Source: an uncultured delta proteobacterium (GTDB lineage: Bacteria > Desulfobacterota > Binatia > UBA9968). Taken from it: DNA of 64,000 nt. Positions 63,544 to 64,000 of the stretch are shown here, piece by piece; within the stretch, counting starts at the first letter, position 1; every line of letters begins with the position of its first letter. Position numbers and translations under genes: made by a program. The notes below the pieces were generated by a model that saw only the letters and a list, made by a program, of their open reading frames with translations, was not told the origin of the DNA and searched no databases. The DNA is taken from NCBI GenBank assembly GCA_963745035.1, contig CAVUVW010000013.1, positions 1,536,001 through 1,600,000 on the forward strand, written 5' to 3'.

Positions 63544-64000
63544 TCACGGGCGAATGCGCGCGCCGCGCGCGCCCTTGCGAATTTCACCGACGATAAATGA
63601 TTCTTCGCCCAGTTTTTTGAGCGCCGCCTGGACGCCGCCCGCATGTTTGCGGCCGACCACAAGAATCAAACCCAGCCCGTTGTTGAAGGTGCGGTCCATT
63701 TCATCCTGAGAAACGCGCCCGATCTTTTGAATCAGATCGAAAACCGGTGGCACCGGCCAGCTGCCGCGTTGCAGCAGTGCGCGCCGGTCCTGCGGCAAAA
63801 CCCGCGGCAGATTGCCGACAATCCCGCCGCCGGTGATATGCGCCGCGCCTTTGATCGGAAACCCGGCGAACAAGCGACGAGTAATCTTAGCATAGATGCG
63901 CGTCGGTTCGAGCAGCTCATCTCCGAGGGTCCGTCCGAGCTCTGCAATCCTGCGGTCGACTTTCCAACCCGCCCGCTCCAGCAACACCTTGCGCGCGAGC
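63544..64000 (-). CDS. purM: AIR synthetase, 3' part (truncated by window)
   Basis: LLEPTRIY, AHITGGG, NLPRVLP, RTFNNG; adjacent to purN. Confidence 0.95.
   Translation of the reverse strand, partial: LARKVLLERAGWKVDRRIAELGRTLGDELLEPTRIYAKITRRLFAGFPIKGAAHITGGGIVGNLPRVLPQDRRALLQRGSWPVPPVFDLIQKIGRVSQDEMDRTFNNGLGLILVVGRKHAGGVQAALKKLGEESFIVGEIRKGARGARIRP

Overview
High-GC bacterial chromosome segment. Gene content and style suggest Deltaproteobacteria-like Candidatus Binatia, which is an inference. Many genes are split by single-base indels typical of an unpolished long-read consensus, so several CDS coordinates span frameshifts. 0-11.4 kb is a catabolic/transport region: three orphan NMT1/SsuA-type binding proteins, a CMD/AhpD protein with an in-frame CxxU (TGA) followed by a SECIS-like hairpin, amidohydrolase, isoaspartyl peptidase, cyclase, EamA, ComD/ComE-like TPP decarboxylase, GMC oxidoreductase and CoxG. 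An OmcA/MtrC-type decaheme cytochrome follows at 11.6-13.7 kb. A ~21 kb island (about 13.86-34.94 kb, visibly lower GC) sits inside an OsmC-family gene and is bounded by a perfect 80-bp direct repeat within a diverged duplicate of that gene's 3' end. The island carries an apparent operon: a zinc-ribbon/class III cyclase/STAND-ATPase/TPR gene, a 4-module TE-less NRPS (A-T-C-A-T-C-A-T / docking-C-A-T-C, two non-canonical A domains, a duplicated Gly module) and an S33-like lipoprotein hydrolase. A small orphan ORF, a sigma-54 activator remnant and a USP-like gene follow. 35-64 kb is mostly core genome: Mo-hydroxylase large subunit, tRNA-Asn, Mut7-C, transglutaminase-ABC operon, htpX, LLM oxidoreductase, MdlAB-like ABC pair, typA, AsmA, tatA, DegP/Q, mgtE, purN, purM. 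Several REP-like and heptamer palindromic repeats occur, one inside NRPS coding sequence.
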